NCBI RefSeq assembly: GCF_009827135.1 | Contig: NZ_CP046534.1 | Coordinates: 60,001-92,000, forward strand | Direction of reading: 5' to 3' | DNA length: 32,000 nt | From: Blochmannia endosymbiont of Camponotus nipponensis | GTDB lineage: Bacteria > Pseudomonadota > Gammaproteobacteria > Enterobacterales > Enterobacteriaceae | Shown: one piece after another, positions 1 through 11,265 of the stretch | Position numbering within the stretch: the stretch's first letter is position 1 | Layout of the letters: every line of letters begins with the position of its first letter | Program-made: the position numbers and the translations under genes | The notes under the pieces: model-generated | Told to the model about the DNA's origin: nothing | The model's database searches: none | The model's input: only the letters and a program-made list of their open reading frames with translations

Positions 1-6
1 AACAAA

Positions 7-1362
7 ATGTTAGAAAAAATTGTCATTGCAAATCGAGGAGAAATAGCACTACGTATTTTGCGTGCATGTAAAGAATTGGGAATAAAAACAGTAGCCGTAT
101 ATTCCACCATAGATCGTGCTTTAAAACACGTCCTTTTAGCCGATGAAACTATTTGCATAGGACCTCCGCCTGCGACACATAGTTACTTAAATATTCCAGC
201 TATTATTTCAGCTGCAGAAATTACCGGATCATCAGGAATTCATCCTGGTTATGGATTTTTATCAGAAGATGCTGATTTTGCAGAACAGGTTGAACGCTCT
301 GGTTTTGTTTTTATTGGACCATGTTCAGAAACAATCCGTTTAATGGGAAATAAAATATCTGCTATAACTATTATGAAAGAATCAGGAATAATGCCTGTTC
401 CAGGTTGGAATTATGAACTGAACAAGAATATAAATAAAGACTTTTCTAATTTTTCATATCAACATTTACATATTAATTATCCAATTATCATAAAATCTGC
501 TCATGGAGGAGGAGGAAGAGGCATGTGTGTAGTGAGGAAAGAATCAGATTTACAAGATGCTATACAAATGATACGAACAGAAGCAAAAAACATGTTTAAC
601 AATGACACTATTTATGTAGAGCAATATTTAGAAAATCCAAGACATATAGAAATACAAGTTTTATCTGATGGACAAGGAAATATAATTTATTTGACAGAAC
701 GTGATTGTTCTATTCAAAGGAGACATCAAAAAATAATAGAAGAAACTCCTGCATTAGGTATCAGTTCTGAAATGCGGCAATATATGGGAGAAAGTTGTGT
801 AAAGATTTGTTATAAAATTGGATATCGTGGAGTAGGCACATTTGAATTTTTATATGAAAACAATGAATTTTTTTTCATCGAAATGAATACTCGTATTCAA
901 GTAGAGCATCCAATTACAGAAATGATTACCGGAATAGATCTAATTAGAGAGCAATTAAAAATTGCTTCTGGATATACATTAGATATTAAACAAGACGCAG
1001 TTACATCTGAAGGGCATGCTATAGAATGTCGTATTAATGCTGAAGATTCTCACAATTTTATACCTAGCTCAGGACATATCACTAGGTTTCATGCTCCTGG
1101 AGGACTAGGCGTACGTTGGGAATCTCATATTTATTCTGGATATTCAGTGCCGCCTTATTATGATACAATGATAGGAAAATTGATTTGTTTTGGAAAAACA
1201 CGTGACATAGCCATTGCCCGCATGAAAAATGCGTTATCGGAATTAATTATTGATGGTATCAATACTAATATTGAGTTACAATTAAAAATTATAACCGATG
1301 AGGTATTTCAAAAAGGGAGAGAAATTAATATTCACTATTTAAAGAATAAACTGAATATATAA
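7..1362 (+). CDS. accC: Biotin carboxylase subunit of acetyl-CoA carboxylase
   Basis: 451-aa ORF. The N-terminus [31 protein letters not shown] is near-identical to E. coli AccC (449 aa). The ATP-grasp GGGGRGM loop and the [11 protein letters not shown] motif are present. ATG start at 7. Confidence 0.97.
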   Translation: MLEKIVIANRGEIALRILRACKELGIKTVAVYSTIDRALKHVLLADETICIGPPPATHSYLNIPAIISAAEITGSSGIHPGYGFLSEDADFAEQVERSGFVFIGPCSETIRLMGNKISAITIMKESGIMPVPGWNYELNKNINKDFSNFSYQHLHINYPIIIKSAHGGGGRGMCVVRKESDLQDAIQMIRTEAKNMFNNDTIYVEQYLENPRHIEIQVLSDGQGNIIYLTERDCSIQRRHQKIIEETPALGISSEMRQYMGESCVKICYKIGYRGVGTFEFLYENNEFFFIEMNTRIQVEHPITEMITGIDLIREQLKIASGYTLDIKQDAVTSEGHAIECRINAEDSHNFIPSSGHITRFHAPGGLGVRWESHIYSGYSVPPYYDTMIGKLICFGKTRDIAIARMKNALSELIIDGINTNIELQLKIITDEVFQKGREINIHYLKNKLNI

Positions 1363-1591
1363 ATAATTAAAAATAACGTATAAAAAATATATTATATTTT
1401 GTAAAAAAAATAGGTGGTTATTATTCTTTTTAATTATAAAAAGAAACATCTCCATTCTAAATGAATACAATGCCTCTACATACATCACCAAGTTAACAGA
1501 ATAAAATGTTAAAAATAAAGAATAAAAAACATTTATAGCTTTTCCATACAGTTATATCTTTTTATCATATATGGCAAACATGCTAAACTTT

Positions 1592-2105
1592 CTATAGTCC
1601 AATTTTCTGTGTTTTTATTTTTTTGTTATTTTTTTCACTATACACTAATACGTTAGTGCCAATTCCTGATAATCGGCCTGCTAACATATCATTTTCAGTG
1701 TCTCCTACCATATAAGAAGAGATCATATCAATATTAAAACGTTTTTTTGCATCTAATAACATTCCAGGATTAGGTTTACGACACAAACAATCTCGCTGAA
1801 ATTGCTTGACTATTCCTTGTATATGATGCGGACAAAAATAAATTGCATCTATATGTACACGACGTGTTTGCAAATAATAAATCATCCATTTTGTTAAAAA
1901 TAACAAGTCATATTGAGTAAATATACCTCGTGCTATTCCAGATTGATTAGTAACTATTATTAGCAAAAAAATTCATTTCCTTCAATTCTATCATTGCATC
2001 TATAACATTATCAATGAAACAAAAATTATCAATACTATGCACATAATTCTTATTAACATTAATTGTACCATCCCGATCTATAAATATAGCATTATTTGAA
2101 CTCAT
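1592..2105 (-). pseudogene. gmhB: D,D-heptose 1,7-bisphosphate phosphatase, interrupted by a +1 frameshift in a T7 run (A7 on + strand, 1965-1971)
   Basis: The ATG at 2105-2103 opens a 52-aa frame, [47 protein letters not shown].., which carries the HAD DxDGT motif and stops at 1949-1947. The other frame (1966-1592) continues [14 protein letters not shown]...CPHH...CRKPNPGML...MVGD. Both pieces align collinearly to E. coli GmhB. Removing one T from the run gives a gap-free 170-aa protein. Confidence 0.85.
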
Positions 2106-2472
2106 GACTTATACCTATACTTATAATTTGTAAATATTCTTATCAAATAATGCCAATAAAATCTTATACTTTCTGATAACATTCATAGAATCATCAATTC
2201 TGACGCAATCATAAGAAAACATCATATATAAACATCGATAAAACACTAATATATCTTATGTAGAATAATAAAACTTTTTAAAAAATCATACTATAATATA
2301 TAATTATATATTAAATTACATAATCAATGTTACTTAGCATAAAAAAGAAAATACGCACTACATATAATATATTTAAAAGCAATAAGTTCAATTTAGTATT
2401 TGAAATATATATTTAAACAATAAAATTTTTTATAATTTTTTATTAACAACCTTTTTATATTAGATAACGATA

Positions 2473-4212
2473 ATGCGTACCAGTCAATATTTATTAGCTA
2501 CTCTTAAAGAAGTACCTAAAAATTGCAAGGCGATTAGTCATCAACTAATGTTACGAGCTGGTTTAATTCGCCAAGTATCATCTGGGCTTTACACCTGGTT
2601 ACCAACAGGACTACGTGTCTTAAGAAAAATAGAAAATATTATTCGAGAAGAAATGAGTAAAATAAATGCGATCGAAATATCTATGCCAATCGTTCAACCA
2701 GCAAAATTATGGAAAAAAAGTGGTCGTTGGATAGAATATGGCGCAGAACTATTACGTTTTAGCAATCGTAATGATCAGGAATTTGTATTAGGACCAACTC
2801 ATGAAGAAATGGTTTCTGAAATCATTTGTAAAGAAACAATGTTTTACAAACAGTTCCCATTAATTGTGTATCAAATTAATACTAAATATCGTGACGAAGC
2901 ACGTCCTAGAGGCGGAATAATTCGTGCCAGAGAATTTATTATGAAAGATGGATATTCTTTTCATGTAGATAAAAAATCTCTTACAAACACATATAGCAAT
3001 ATGTATGATATATATCATACGATTTTTAATCGTATTGGACTAAATTTTTGTGTTGTTCAAGCTGAACCTGGTAGTATCGGAGGAATATTATCTCATGAAT
3101 TTCAAGCATATTCTGAACATGGTGAAGATAATATTGCAGTTCCCAGTATACCTAGTAAAAATTCCAATAACTTCAAGTTTTTGCATGATGCTACGAAAAT
3201 ACAACCAAAAATGGCTAAAGAAAACATGCGATTAATAGTAGCTCCACATGTCCAAACCATAGAAGAATTAACCAATCAATTTAATTTATCGATACATCAG
3301 GTTGTAAAAACAATAATTGTACGCGCCACACACAAATACATAAATAATTCTTATCCTTTATTAGGTTTAGTAGTACGGGCTGATCATCAAATTAGCTTAA
3401 AAAAAATTGCAATGATTCCACAGATATACACCCCTATATCTTACATAGATCCAAAAGAATTCCATACAATTACCGGAGCACAACCCAATCTATTGGGTCC
3501 TATTAATTTACCTATACCATTAATTATAGATTATAATGTAGCAACAATGAATGATTTTATTGCCGGATCTAATATAAGTGGCAAATATTTCTTTGGAGTC
3601 AACTGGAATCGTGATTTACCACTAGTAAAAATAGCAGATTTACACGAAGTACCGCATAATAATCTACACATTAATGAAAAAAATATCTTATCAATTCATA
3701 ACTGTATCGAAATAGGACACATATTTCAATTAGGGCAAAAATACTCAAATCTAAGTCGTAACTATATACAAAAAAACAATAAAAATAAACATAATTTGAT
3801 AATAGAAATGGGTTGTTATGGAATAGGAATTACTCGTATTATTTCTGTAATTATCGAGCAAAATCATGACAAAAACGGCATTTTATGGCCAGATATAATC
3901 GCACCATTTAAATTAGCCATTATACCAATTAATATGTACCGTTCTATTAATGTAAGAATCATTACAGAAAAAATTTATAAACAACTTATATCTATCATAG
4001 GAACAGATATATTAATTGATGATCGTAAAGAATATCCAGGGACGATGTTTACTGACATAGATTTAATCGGAATACCACATGTTCTTATTATTAGTGATCG
4101 TAACTTAGCTAACCAAGAGGTAGAATACAAATATCGTAAAACAAATGAAATAAAGAAAATTAAACTGGAAATATTAGTACAATATTTAACTGAAAAAATT
4201 ATTACCTCGTGA
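2473..4212 (+). CDS. proS: Prolyl-tRNA synthetase (bacterial type with INS editing domain)
   Basis: 579-aa ORF. The N-terminus MRTSQYLLATLKE..ISHQLMLRAGLIRQ.SSGLYTWLPTG matches E. coli ProS (572 aa). The C-terminal motifs GCYGIGITR and WP..IAPF are conserved. ATG start. Confidence 0.97.
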   Translation: MRTSQYLLATLKEVPKNCKAISHQLMLRAGLIRQVSSGLYTWLPTGLRVLRKIENIIREEMSKINAIEISMPIVQPAKLWKKSGRWIEYGAELLRFSNRNDQEFVLGPTHEEMVSEIICKETMFYKQFPLIVYQINTKYRDEARPRGGIIRAREFIMKDGYSFHVDKKSLTNTYSNMYDIYHTIFNRIGLNFCVVQAEPGSIGGILSHEFQAYSEHGEDNIAVPSIPSKNSNNFKFLHDATKIQPKMAKENMRLIVAPHVQTIEELTNQFNLSIHQVVKTIIVRATHKYINNSYPLLGLVVRADHQISLKKIAMIPQIYTPISYIDPKEFHTITGAQPNLLGPINLPIPLIIDYNVATMNDFIAGSNISGKYFFGVNWNRDLPLVKIADLHEVPHNNLHINEKNILSIHNCIEIGHIFQLGQKYSNLSRNYIQKNNKNKHNLIIEMGCYGIGITRIISVIIEQNHDKNGILWPDIIAPFKLAIIPINMYRSINVRIITEKIYKQLISIIGTDILIDDRKEYPGTMFTDIDLIGIPHVLIISDRNLANQEVEYKYRKTNEIKKIKLEILVQYLTEKIITS

Positions 4213-4410
4213 TTATTTTAAGCAATTTCTAATAATAAAATAACACTGATTTTAAGATTAAATATCTTATATAACATTTAGTAAATATAAGCGAAAATAA
4301 TTATGTCTACTAAAGTTATATTAAATAATTTTTGTTATTTTTAAAAAAACACATTTTCTATTATCCTAGTTTAGGACGAATTATCTATATAGTGATTAAA
4401 TAAAAAAAAA

Positions 4411-5943
4411 TCATTCTAAGTGGTAACGAACACTATTTTTAAAAATTTTATATAATAAAATATCTTGTAACCAAGATATTTTCCATAATACACGCTCTTT
4501 ATTTTTAATCTTACCACTGTGAGTAATAAATACTCCTATAGCAGTGATTAAAGTTTTATTATAAAAAAGTAAAGGAATACGACTTCTTAACCATGGAGGT
4601 ACACCTAATTCCTGCCAAATTTTTTTTAAATATCGACCGTGATTTCTACCTAAAATGTATAATAATCCATCTACATGCCCAAAGATAATTGATATTTTTT
4701 CATCAGAATTGGGAGGTCGAATGTAACAACATGTTAAAACCTTAATAGATTTTTTAAAGAAATTAGGAGAACCATTTAATGCTAAATTTATGTCTAAATC
4801 TACATCTAATATACTTTTAGATGAGCATATATCAATATCTAATGGTTGACACATTAAAGCGCCCAAATTATGTGGCAATATAATTACACTGTTTATTTTG
4901 TTCCAAGATAATTTAATCCTATTTAAAGAAGATCGCATGTTTATAGGTAAAATATACAATTTTTGACGGAAACGACGACATAAGTATTGATCTAATTGTA
5001 ACATTGGAGTAGCATCTTTTCGACTTAATACTACTTCCTGCCAAATGCGATTTATAATCTGATAGGAAGGTATTTTCATAGAAAAATTTCTTAACCAACG
5101 ACGTAACAAAGCTTGTCGTTTTGGTATACTGTATTGCAGTATTGGTCTGAATAACAAAGAACCATCTGATGTATCAATTAATTTTCGCAAAGATTCTGAC
5201 AACAACTCATCTAACAACTCCTCTTGATCTCTGCATAACTGCGCAGTACGTGCAACGACGCGATTAAAACAAGGCCAGCGTCGATATATTGATGGTAAAA
5301 TTTTTATACGTAAAAAATTACGATCAAAACGAATATTCATATTCGTATCATCTTCAATCCAAGTAAGTTTTTTTTTATGAGCATATATTTCTAACTGTTT
5401 ACGAGAACAACCTAATAAAGGCCTTAACAACCTATATTTATCAGCATGCAATATATTTTTAGTTATCCCAGAGAGTCCAGCTGGTCCGCTTCCTCTTTTC
5501 AAAGCGAGAAATACACTTTCTACTTGATCATCCATATGATGTGCGGTTAAAAGTACTTCATCCGAATATAAATGATTATATAATTGCTTATAACGAAGAT
5601 TTCGTGCTAATGATTCTATATTGCATCTTTTATTTTCTGCATCATAACAATTAATATGGATTACCGAAAAAGGTATATCTCGTGTTTTACATTGCTCCAA
5701 GCAATGATCAGCCCATATCTTAGCATGACTACTGAGACCATGATGTACATAAATTGCACGTAAAATTAACGGAGACGATATTGACTTGCTACCTCTGTTT
5801 CTCAAAATTGTTAATATATCCAAAAGCACAGTAGAATCCAGTCCGCCACTGTAAGATAATAGTAATTTTCTATATCCAGCAAGACAATGCGTTACTTTAT
5901 CATATAAATCCCAATTTTCCAACGATGCATTAATTGCAATCAT
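4411..5943 (-). CDS. tilS: tRNA(Ile)-lysidine synthase, enlarged (510 aa)
   Basis: The PP-loop motif SGGLDSTVLL and the segments HHMDDQVES, LKRGSGPAGL and RNHGRYLKKIWQELGVPPWLR align to E. coli TilS (432 aa). ATG start at 5943-5941. Confidence 0.93.
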   Translation of the reverse strand: MIAINASLENWDLYDKVTHCLAGYRKLLLSYSGGLDSTVLLDILTILRNRGSKSISSPLILRAIYVHHGLSSHAKIWADHCLEQCKTRDIPFSVIHINCYDAENKRCNIESLARNLRYKQLYNHLYSDEVLLTAHHMDDQVESVFLALKRGSGPAGLSGITKNILHADKYRLLRPLLGCSRKQLEIYAHKKKLTWIEDDTNMNIRFDRNFLRIKILPSIYRRWPCFNRVVARTAQLCRDQEELLDELLSESLRKLIDTSDGSLLFRPILQYSIPKRQALLRRWLRNFSMKIPSYQIINRIWQEVVLSRKDATPMLQLDQYLCRRFRQKLYILPINMRSSLNRIKLSWNKINSVIILPHNLGALMCQPLDIDICSSKSILDVDLDINLALNGSPNFFKKSIKVLTCCYIRPPNSDEKISIIFGHVDGLLYILGRNHGRYLKKIWQELGVPPWLRSRIPLLFYNKTLITAIGVFITHSGKIKNKERVLWKISWLQDILLYKIFKNSVRYHLE

Positions 5944-6089
5944 ATTTTTGTAATATCTATGATATAAAATGATGATTATTTAATACTGCCAACAATATAA
6001 ATATACCAATATTTAATTTTTTAATTAAAGAGGCCAATGTACTATTATACTATAACAATTCTCTTTGAGCAGATATATACACTTTTAAA

Positions 6090-7049
6090 CTAGCAATATC
6101 CATAATGCATCAATCTGTAATATCTCCGGTTTAATAATTCTTTTTCCTCAAAAGCATCTAATTCTGTTAAATCTAATAATAACCGCGTTTTTAATGCAAT
6201 AGAAGTAGTCAAAATATCTCTATGCGCCCCGCCTAATGGCTCAGAAATCACATTATCAATTAATTTAAGTGCTTTCAGTCGGTGAGCAGTGATACCCATT
6301 GCTTCAGCAGCAATAGGAGCTTTTTTAACGTTTTTCCACAAAATCGATGCACATCCTTCTGGAGAGATTACAGAATATGTACTATATTCCAACATATTCA
6401 CTTTATCTCCCACACTTATTGCTAAAGCCCCTCCGGAACCACCTTCTCCGATTACAGTGCATATAATTGGTATTTTTAGCATTGACATTGTACACAAATT
6501 TTTAGCGATCACTGCAGATTGCCCACGTTTTTCTGCTCCTATCCCAGGATAAGCGCCCGGAGTATCTATAAAAGTAATAAGTGGCATTTTAAATCGCTCT
6601 GCCATTTTCATAAGACGTAACGCTTTTCGGTACCCTTCTGGAGCAGGCATTCCAAAATTCCGTTTAATCTTTTCTTTAGTATCGCGACCTTTCTGATGCC
6701 CAATAATCATAACTGGACGGGAATCAAGTCTTGCTATTCCTCCTACAATAGCTTTATCATCAGCATATACTCGATCACCAGACAATTCATCAAAATCATT
6801 AAATATCCGTTCTATATAATCTAAAGTATATGGACGTTTAGGATGACGTGCTAATTGAGCTATTTGCCAAGCATTTAAATTAGAAAAAATTTTTTGAGTA
6901 AGATCAATACTTTTCGCACGAAGACGATCAATTTCTTCATTAACACTTATTTCTGATTTTTTATCTGAATGTACTGTCAATGTTAAAGAATGAATTTTTT
7001 CTTCTAAATCTAAGATAGGTTTTTCAAAATCAATAAAATTTAACCCCAT
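6090..7049 (-). CDS. accA: Acetyl-CoA carboxylase carboxyltransferase alpha subunit
   Basis: The 319-aa ORF is collinear with E. coli AccA (319 aa): [12 protein letters not shown].., [39 protein letters not shown]. Confidence 0.97.
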   Translation of the reverse strand: MGLNFIDFEKPILDLEEKIHSLTLTVHSDKKSEISVNEEIDRLRAKSIDLTQKIFSNLNAWQIAQLARHPKRPYTLDYIERIFNDFDELSGDRVYADDKAIVGGIARLDSRPVMIIGHQKGRDTKEKIKRNFGMPAPEGYRKALRLMKMAERFKMPLITFIDTPGAYPGIGAEKRGQSAVIAKNLCTMSMLKIPIICTVIGEGGSGGALAISVGDKVNMLEYSTYSVISPEGCASILWKNVKKAPIAAEAMGITAHRLKALKLIDNVISEPLGGAHRDILTTSIALKTRLLLDLTELDAFEEKELLNRRYYRLMHYGYC

Positions 7050-7067
7050 AACATTCCTGTTATTAAA

Positions 7068-10000
7068 TTAATGTAATTCTAATTTTACTTGTTCATCTCC
7101 AACAAGACTACGTAAATTTATCAGTAATTGATCAGTTGGAGTAATGTGCCATTTTTCCCCACAATATAATCTGAGTTGCATGCCATTTTTCTGATAAAAA
7201 AAACATACTGGCAAAGTTCCATGTTGATTTTCTTCTAAAAAAAAACGAATATTACGTAATAATTGATCATAATCATCAACTTGTCTATTATTTAATATAA
7301 TGGATAAACTACGTGCGTTTTTTTTATAGATATCGTTTATATCTTCCAATGTTTGCACTATTATTTTATGATGACCATGTATCTTATCAATATAAATTAT
7401 ACCCGCAACAAGTAAAAAATTATTTTCTTTCAAACAAGATTGATATTTATTAAGTAGTTTTTCAAATATCACTATTTCTAATCGCCCAGAATAATCTTCT
7501 AAGATACAAAATACAATATGTTTACCACCTTTACTTAATTTTGTTCGTATTGATACAACGACCCCAAAAATATGTATCGTTGTATTATTTTTTTTTAATA
7601 TAAGATCTTTTATCTTGATAGTATTAGGTATACAGTGTTCTATGTTTTTTATATGTTGAATAGTTGGATGATTAGTTAAATATAACCCAAGAGCTTCTTT
7701 TTCTTTTTCTAATAATAACTGATCAGACCACTGTGGCACAGTTTGATTACAACCAGATTCTATAATAGTACACGTATCTAAATGAGATGCAAATATATCT
7801 ATTTGTCTACTATGTTTATTTTTAATATGCTGACTAGCACGTTTTAGTATATCATTGAGTGATGCTATTAACTTTGCACGATGTAATCCAAAAGAATCAC
7901 AGGCTCCAGAAAGAATCAATTTTTCAATCATACGGTGATTTATTTTTGTACTATCAATACGAATACAAAAATCAAATAATTCTTTAAATTTACCATATTG
8001 ACTACGAGAGGTTATTATAGCTTCTATAGAGGATTTACCTATTCCTTTTATAGCTCCAAAGCCATAAACAATTTCTTTACTTGCGTTAACATAAAAATGA
8101 TATTGACTGGTATTGATATCTGGAGGTAACACTTTAAGTTTCATTTTTTGACATTCACCTATTAGATACACTATTTTACTTACATTATCCATATCAGAAC
8201 TTAATGCGGCCGCCATAAATTCAGAAGGATAATGAGTCTTCAACCACAATGTTTGATAAGATATTAATGCATATGCAGCAGAATGAGATTTATTAAAACC
8301 ATAACCGGCAAATTTCTCTACAAGATCAAAAATCTTCATCGCCAATGTAGTATCAATACCATTTTTTATAGCACCTGAATTAAAAAAAGAGCGTTGTTTA
8401 GCCATATCTTCTGATTTCTTTTTACCAATAGCTCGTCTTAATATATCTGCCTGTCCGAGTGTATAACCTGCTAATACTTGTGCTATTTGCATGACTTGTT
8501 CTTGATATAGAATAATTCCATAAGTTGATTCTAATACTGGCCGCAAAGACTCGTGCTGCCATTTAGAATCGGGATAAGAAATAATTTCATAACCACGTTT
8601 TCTATTGATAAAATTATCAACCATACCTGATTGTAACGGTCCAGGACGAAATAACGCGATCAATGCTATCAAATCTTCAAAACAATCTGGTTTTAAACGT
8701 TTAATTAATTCTTTCATACCACGTGACTCTAATTGAAAAACTGCAGTAGTCTCTGAGGACTGAAGTACATAAAAACTTTTATGATCATGTAATGATATAG
8801 AGTGTATATCAACAATAGTAAGATTATTTTTATAACGTGTATTATTAATCATATTTAGTGCACGATTAATAATGGTCAAAGTACGCAATCCAAGAAAATC
8901 AAATTTTATTAAACCAATACGTTCAATGTCATCTTTATCAAATTGCGTCATTGGTGGAATACTATCACTATCATAATATAAAGGAGAGAAATCAGTAATT
9001 TTTATAGGCGCAATCACTACTCCTCCCGCATGTTTACTAACGTTTTTAACGATACCTTCTAGTTGACGAGCCATATCGATTAGTACTGTAATATCTTCAT
9101 CATTTTTATAAAGTAATTTGAGTTGCGGTTCGATAGAGAAAGCTCTTTCTAATGTTATTCCCGGTGCTGATGGAATTAATTTAGCAATACGATTAATAAG
9201 TGCATAAGGATAACCTAATGCTCGTCCTACATCACGAATCACTGCTTTAGCTGCCATAGTCCCGAATGTAATAATTTGAGATACAGCATCTGATCCGTAA
9301 GTTTTAGAGACATGATCAATCACTGAATCGCGGTGTTCCATGCAAAAATCAATATCTAGATCAGGCATAGATATACGCTCTGGATTAAGAAAACGTTCAA
9401 AAAGCAAATCAAATTTTAATGGATCGAGTTCTGTAATTTTTAAAGCATAAGCCACCAATGAACTAGCACCAGAACCTCTGCCGGGACCAACTGGAATATC
9501 ATTATTTTTCGCCCATTTTATAAATTCCATAACAATTAAAAAATAACTAGGAAAATTCATGTCATTAATAACTTGCAATTCATGTTTTAATCGTAAATCA
9601 TATGGTTTTCGCTTAACCAAACGTTCTTCAATCTTTGGAAATAAAAAAATTAAGCGCTCTTCTAATCCTTCTTCTGCATGCATAATTAAAAAATCTTTAT
9701 CAGAATTACATCCAGTAGGGAATTGTGGTAAATAACATCCACCTAAATCAACAGTGAGATTACATCTATAAGCAATTTCTACACTATTTACTAAAGATTC
9801 TGGTATATCGGCAAATAATTTACACATTTCTTGTTCACTTTTCATAAATTGTTGCGCGCTATATTTATATGAATATTTAGCATTATTTAGCGTAGTACCA
9901 TTATATATAGCTACACGAATTTCATGAGCTAAAAAATCCTTTTTATTAATAAAACGTACATCATTAGTAGCTACCACCGGCAATCCTTTGATCATTGATA

Positions 10001-10562
10001 ATTCTATTGCTAATTGTATATAAGATTCTTCATGTTGACGGCCAGTTCGTATCAATTCTAAATAATATCTATCCGAAAAATATTTTGAATAAAAACATAA
10101 ACATTGTTCTATCTTTGATTTTTCATTTCTTAATAAATATTTACCAATATCTCCATTACGTCCTCCAGAAAGTATAATTAACCCTTCATTATGTTCTATA
10201 AGCCAACAGCGTTGAATTATAGGAACAATATTATTACATTTACTTTTATATGCTTTTGAAATGAGCATAATTAAATGATAGTAACCTTGTTTATCGGCAA
10301 CCAAACATGTTAACTCGCTAAGTTCATTACTGATGATAATATCTTGTACTAAAAAATCCGCGCCAATAATTGGTTTGATTCCTGTTTTATAAGCAGCATC
10401 ATAAAATTTAATAAACCCAAATAAATTATTAAAATCAGTAAGAGCTAAAGCTGGCATTTTAAGAAATTCTGCATGCTTTATTAATTTATCCACCGTAGCT
10501 AATCCATCAATCATGGAATAATCGCTATGTACATGTAAATGAATAAAACTTGGCTTTATCAT
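7068..10562 (-). CDS. dnaE: DNA polymerase III alpha subunit
   Basis: 1164-aa ORF. The N-terminal PHP domain [16 protein letters not shown] and the remainder are collinear with E. coli DnaE (1160 aa). It lies between rnhB and accA, as in E. coli. Confidence 0.97.
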   Translation of the reverse strand: MIKPSFIHLHVHSDYSMIDGLATVDKLIKHAEFLKMPALALTDFNNLFGFIKFYDAAYKTGIKPIIGADFLVQDIIISNELSELTCLVADKQGYYHLIMLISKAYKSKCNNIVPIIQRCWLIEHNEGLIILSGGRNGDIGKYLLRNEKSKIEQCLCFYSKYFSDRYYLELIRTGRQHEESYIQLAIELSMIKGLPVVATNDVRFINKKDFLAHEIRVAIYNGTTLNNAKYSYKYSAQQFMKSEQEMCKLFADIPESLVNSVEIAYRCNLTVDLGGCYLPQFPTGCNSDKDFLIMHAEEGLEERLIFLFPKIEERLVKRKPYDLRLKHELQVINDMNFPSYFLIVMEFIKWAKNNDIPVGPGRGSGASSLVAYALKITELDPLKFDLLFERFLNPERISMPDLDIDFCMEHRDSVIDHVSKTYGSDAVSQIITFGTMAAKAVIRDVGRALGYPYALINRIAKLIPSAPGITLERAFSIEPQLKLLYKNDEDITVLIDMARQLEGIVKNVSKHAGGVVIAPIKITDFSPLYYDSDSIPPMTQFDKDDIERIGLIKFDFLGLRTLTIINRALNMINNTRYKNNLTIVDIHSISLHDHKSFYVLQSSETTAVFQLESRGMKELIKRLKPDCFEDLIALIALFRPGPLQSGMVDNFINRKRGYEIISYPDSKWQHESLRPVLESTYGIILYQEQVMQIAQVLAGYTLGQADILRRAIGKKKSEDMAKQRSFFNSGAIKNGIDTTLAMKIFDLVEKFAGYGFNKSHSAAYALISYQTLWLKTHYPSEFMAAALSSDMDNVSKIVYLIGECQKMKLKVLPPDINTSQYHFYVNASKEIVYGFGAIKGIGKSSIEAIITSRSQYGKFKELFDFCIRIDSTKINHRMIEKLILSGACDSFGLHRAKLIASLNDILKRASQHIKNKHSRQIDIFASHLDTCTIIESGCNQTVPQWSDQLLLEKEKEALGLYLTNHPTIQHIKNIEHCIPNTIKIKDLILKKNNTTIHIFGVVVSIRTKLSKGGKHIVFCILEDYSGRLEIVIFEKLLNKYQSCLKENNFLLVAGIIYIDKIHGHHKIIVQTLEDINDIYKKNARSLSIILNNRQVDDYDQLLRNIRFFLEENQHGTLPVCFFYQKNGMQLRLYCGEKWHITPTDQLLINLRSLVGDEQVKLELH

Positions 10563-10619
10563 ACGTCAAAAACAATAACTAATAATATATGTGTATATCT
10601 GATGACTCTAAATATAAAA

Positions 10620-11231
10620 TTATCTATCAATATAAGAAATCATATTTTTTACAGGAACAAAGCTTTTTCGATGATGCGCTATAGGACCATATAGTGTTAA
10701 TTGCTTTAAGTGAAAAGAAGTAGGATATCCTTTATTTTGAGCAAATCTATATGCTGGGTATTGCACATCTAATGCTATCATATCTTGATCACGAGTAACT
10801 TTAGCTATAATAGAAGCTGCGCTGATAATCTTTATTCGAGCGTCTCCTTTACTAAAACATTGATAAGGTATATCCGTAAATACTGGAGAACAATTTCCAT
10901 CTATTAAAATCAAATCCGGTTTAATAGATAAATTGTATACTGCTCGTTTCATAGCTAATAAACGAGCTTGCAAAATGTTAAAACGATCAATTTCTATAAC
11001 GTCAGCACATCCAATACTCCAAGCTAATGCATTTTGAATAATATTTGTATATAAACGAAGTCGTGTATTTTTATTTAATGTCTTAGAATCAGCTAACCCA
11101 AAAATTGATTGCATTGGATGTAATATCACTGCAGCAGCTATTACTGATCCTACTAATGATCCACATCCTACTTCATCTACTCCTGCAATTAATCCTAATT
11201 TTTTTGACAAATAGTATTTTTTATTTTTCAT
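10620..11231 (-). CDS. rnhB: Ribonuclease HII
   Basis: 203-aa ORF with the GVDEVGCGSL catalytic motif. It sits between lpxB and dnaE, as in enterobacteria. Confidence 0.95.
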   Translation of the reverse strand: MKNKKYYLSKKLGLIAGVDEVGCGSLVGSVIAAAVILHPMQSIFGLADSKTLNKNTRLRLYTNIIQNALAWSIGCADVIEIDRFNILQARLLAMKRAVYNLSIKPDLILIDGNCSPVFTDIPYQCFSKGDARIKIISAASIIAKVTRDQDMIALDVQYPAYRFAQNKGYPTSFHLKQLTLYGPIAHHRKSFVPVKNMISYIDR

Positions 11232-11265
11232 TAATTTTATACCTGCATAACAAACAATATCACTA

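Noticed and set aside
1424-1445. 8-bp A/T hairpin (TTCTTTTT/AAAAAGAA) between the convergent accC and gmhB, considered as a bidirectional intrinsic terminator
   Set aside because: It has a single G:C pair and no flanking U-tract on either strand. It cannot be distinguished from chance in this base composition, so I did not list it as a terminator.
1461-1496. Tiny spacer ORFs, such as MNTMPLHTSPS at 1461-1496 and a 13-codon ORF around 4303-4344
   Set aside because: Each is 13 codons or fewer, with no SD and no resemblance to known small proteins. Such ORFs are expected by chance.
3050-3235. 61-aa ORF in an alternative + frame inside proS
   Set aside because: It lies entirely within the strongly conserved proS reading frame. 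Its composition is low-complexity and it resembles no protein I recognise. This is a typical shadow ORF in AT-rich DNA.
6289-6552. 87-aa ORF antisense to accA
   Set aside because: It lies opposite the most conserved part of accA (the [10 protein letters not shown] region). Its proline- and alanine-rich translation is the mirror of that motif. There is no start context.
9995-10177. 60-aa ORF antisense to dnaE
   Set aside because: It is embedded in the dnaE coding sequence, is a low-complexity I/L/N/Y-rich peptide, and has no independent support.
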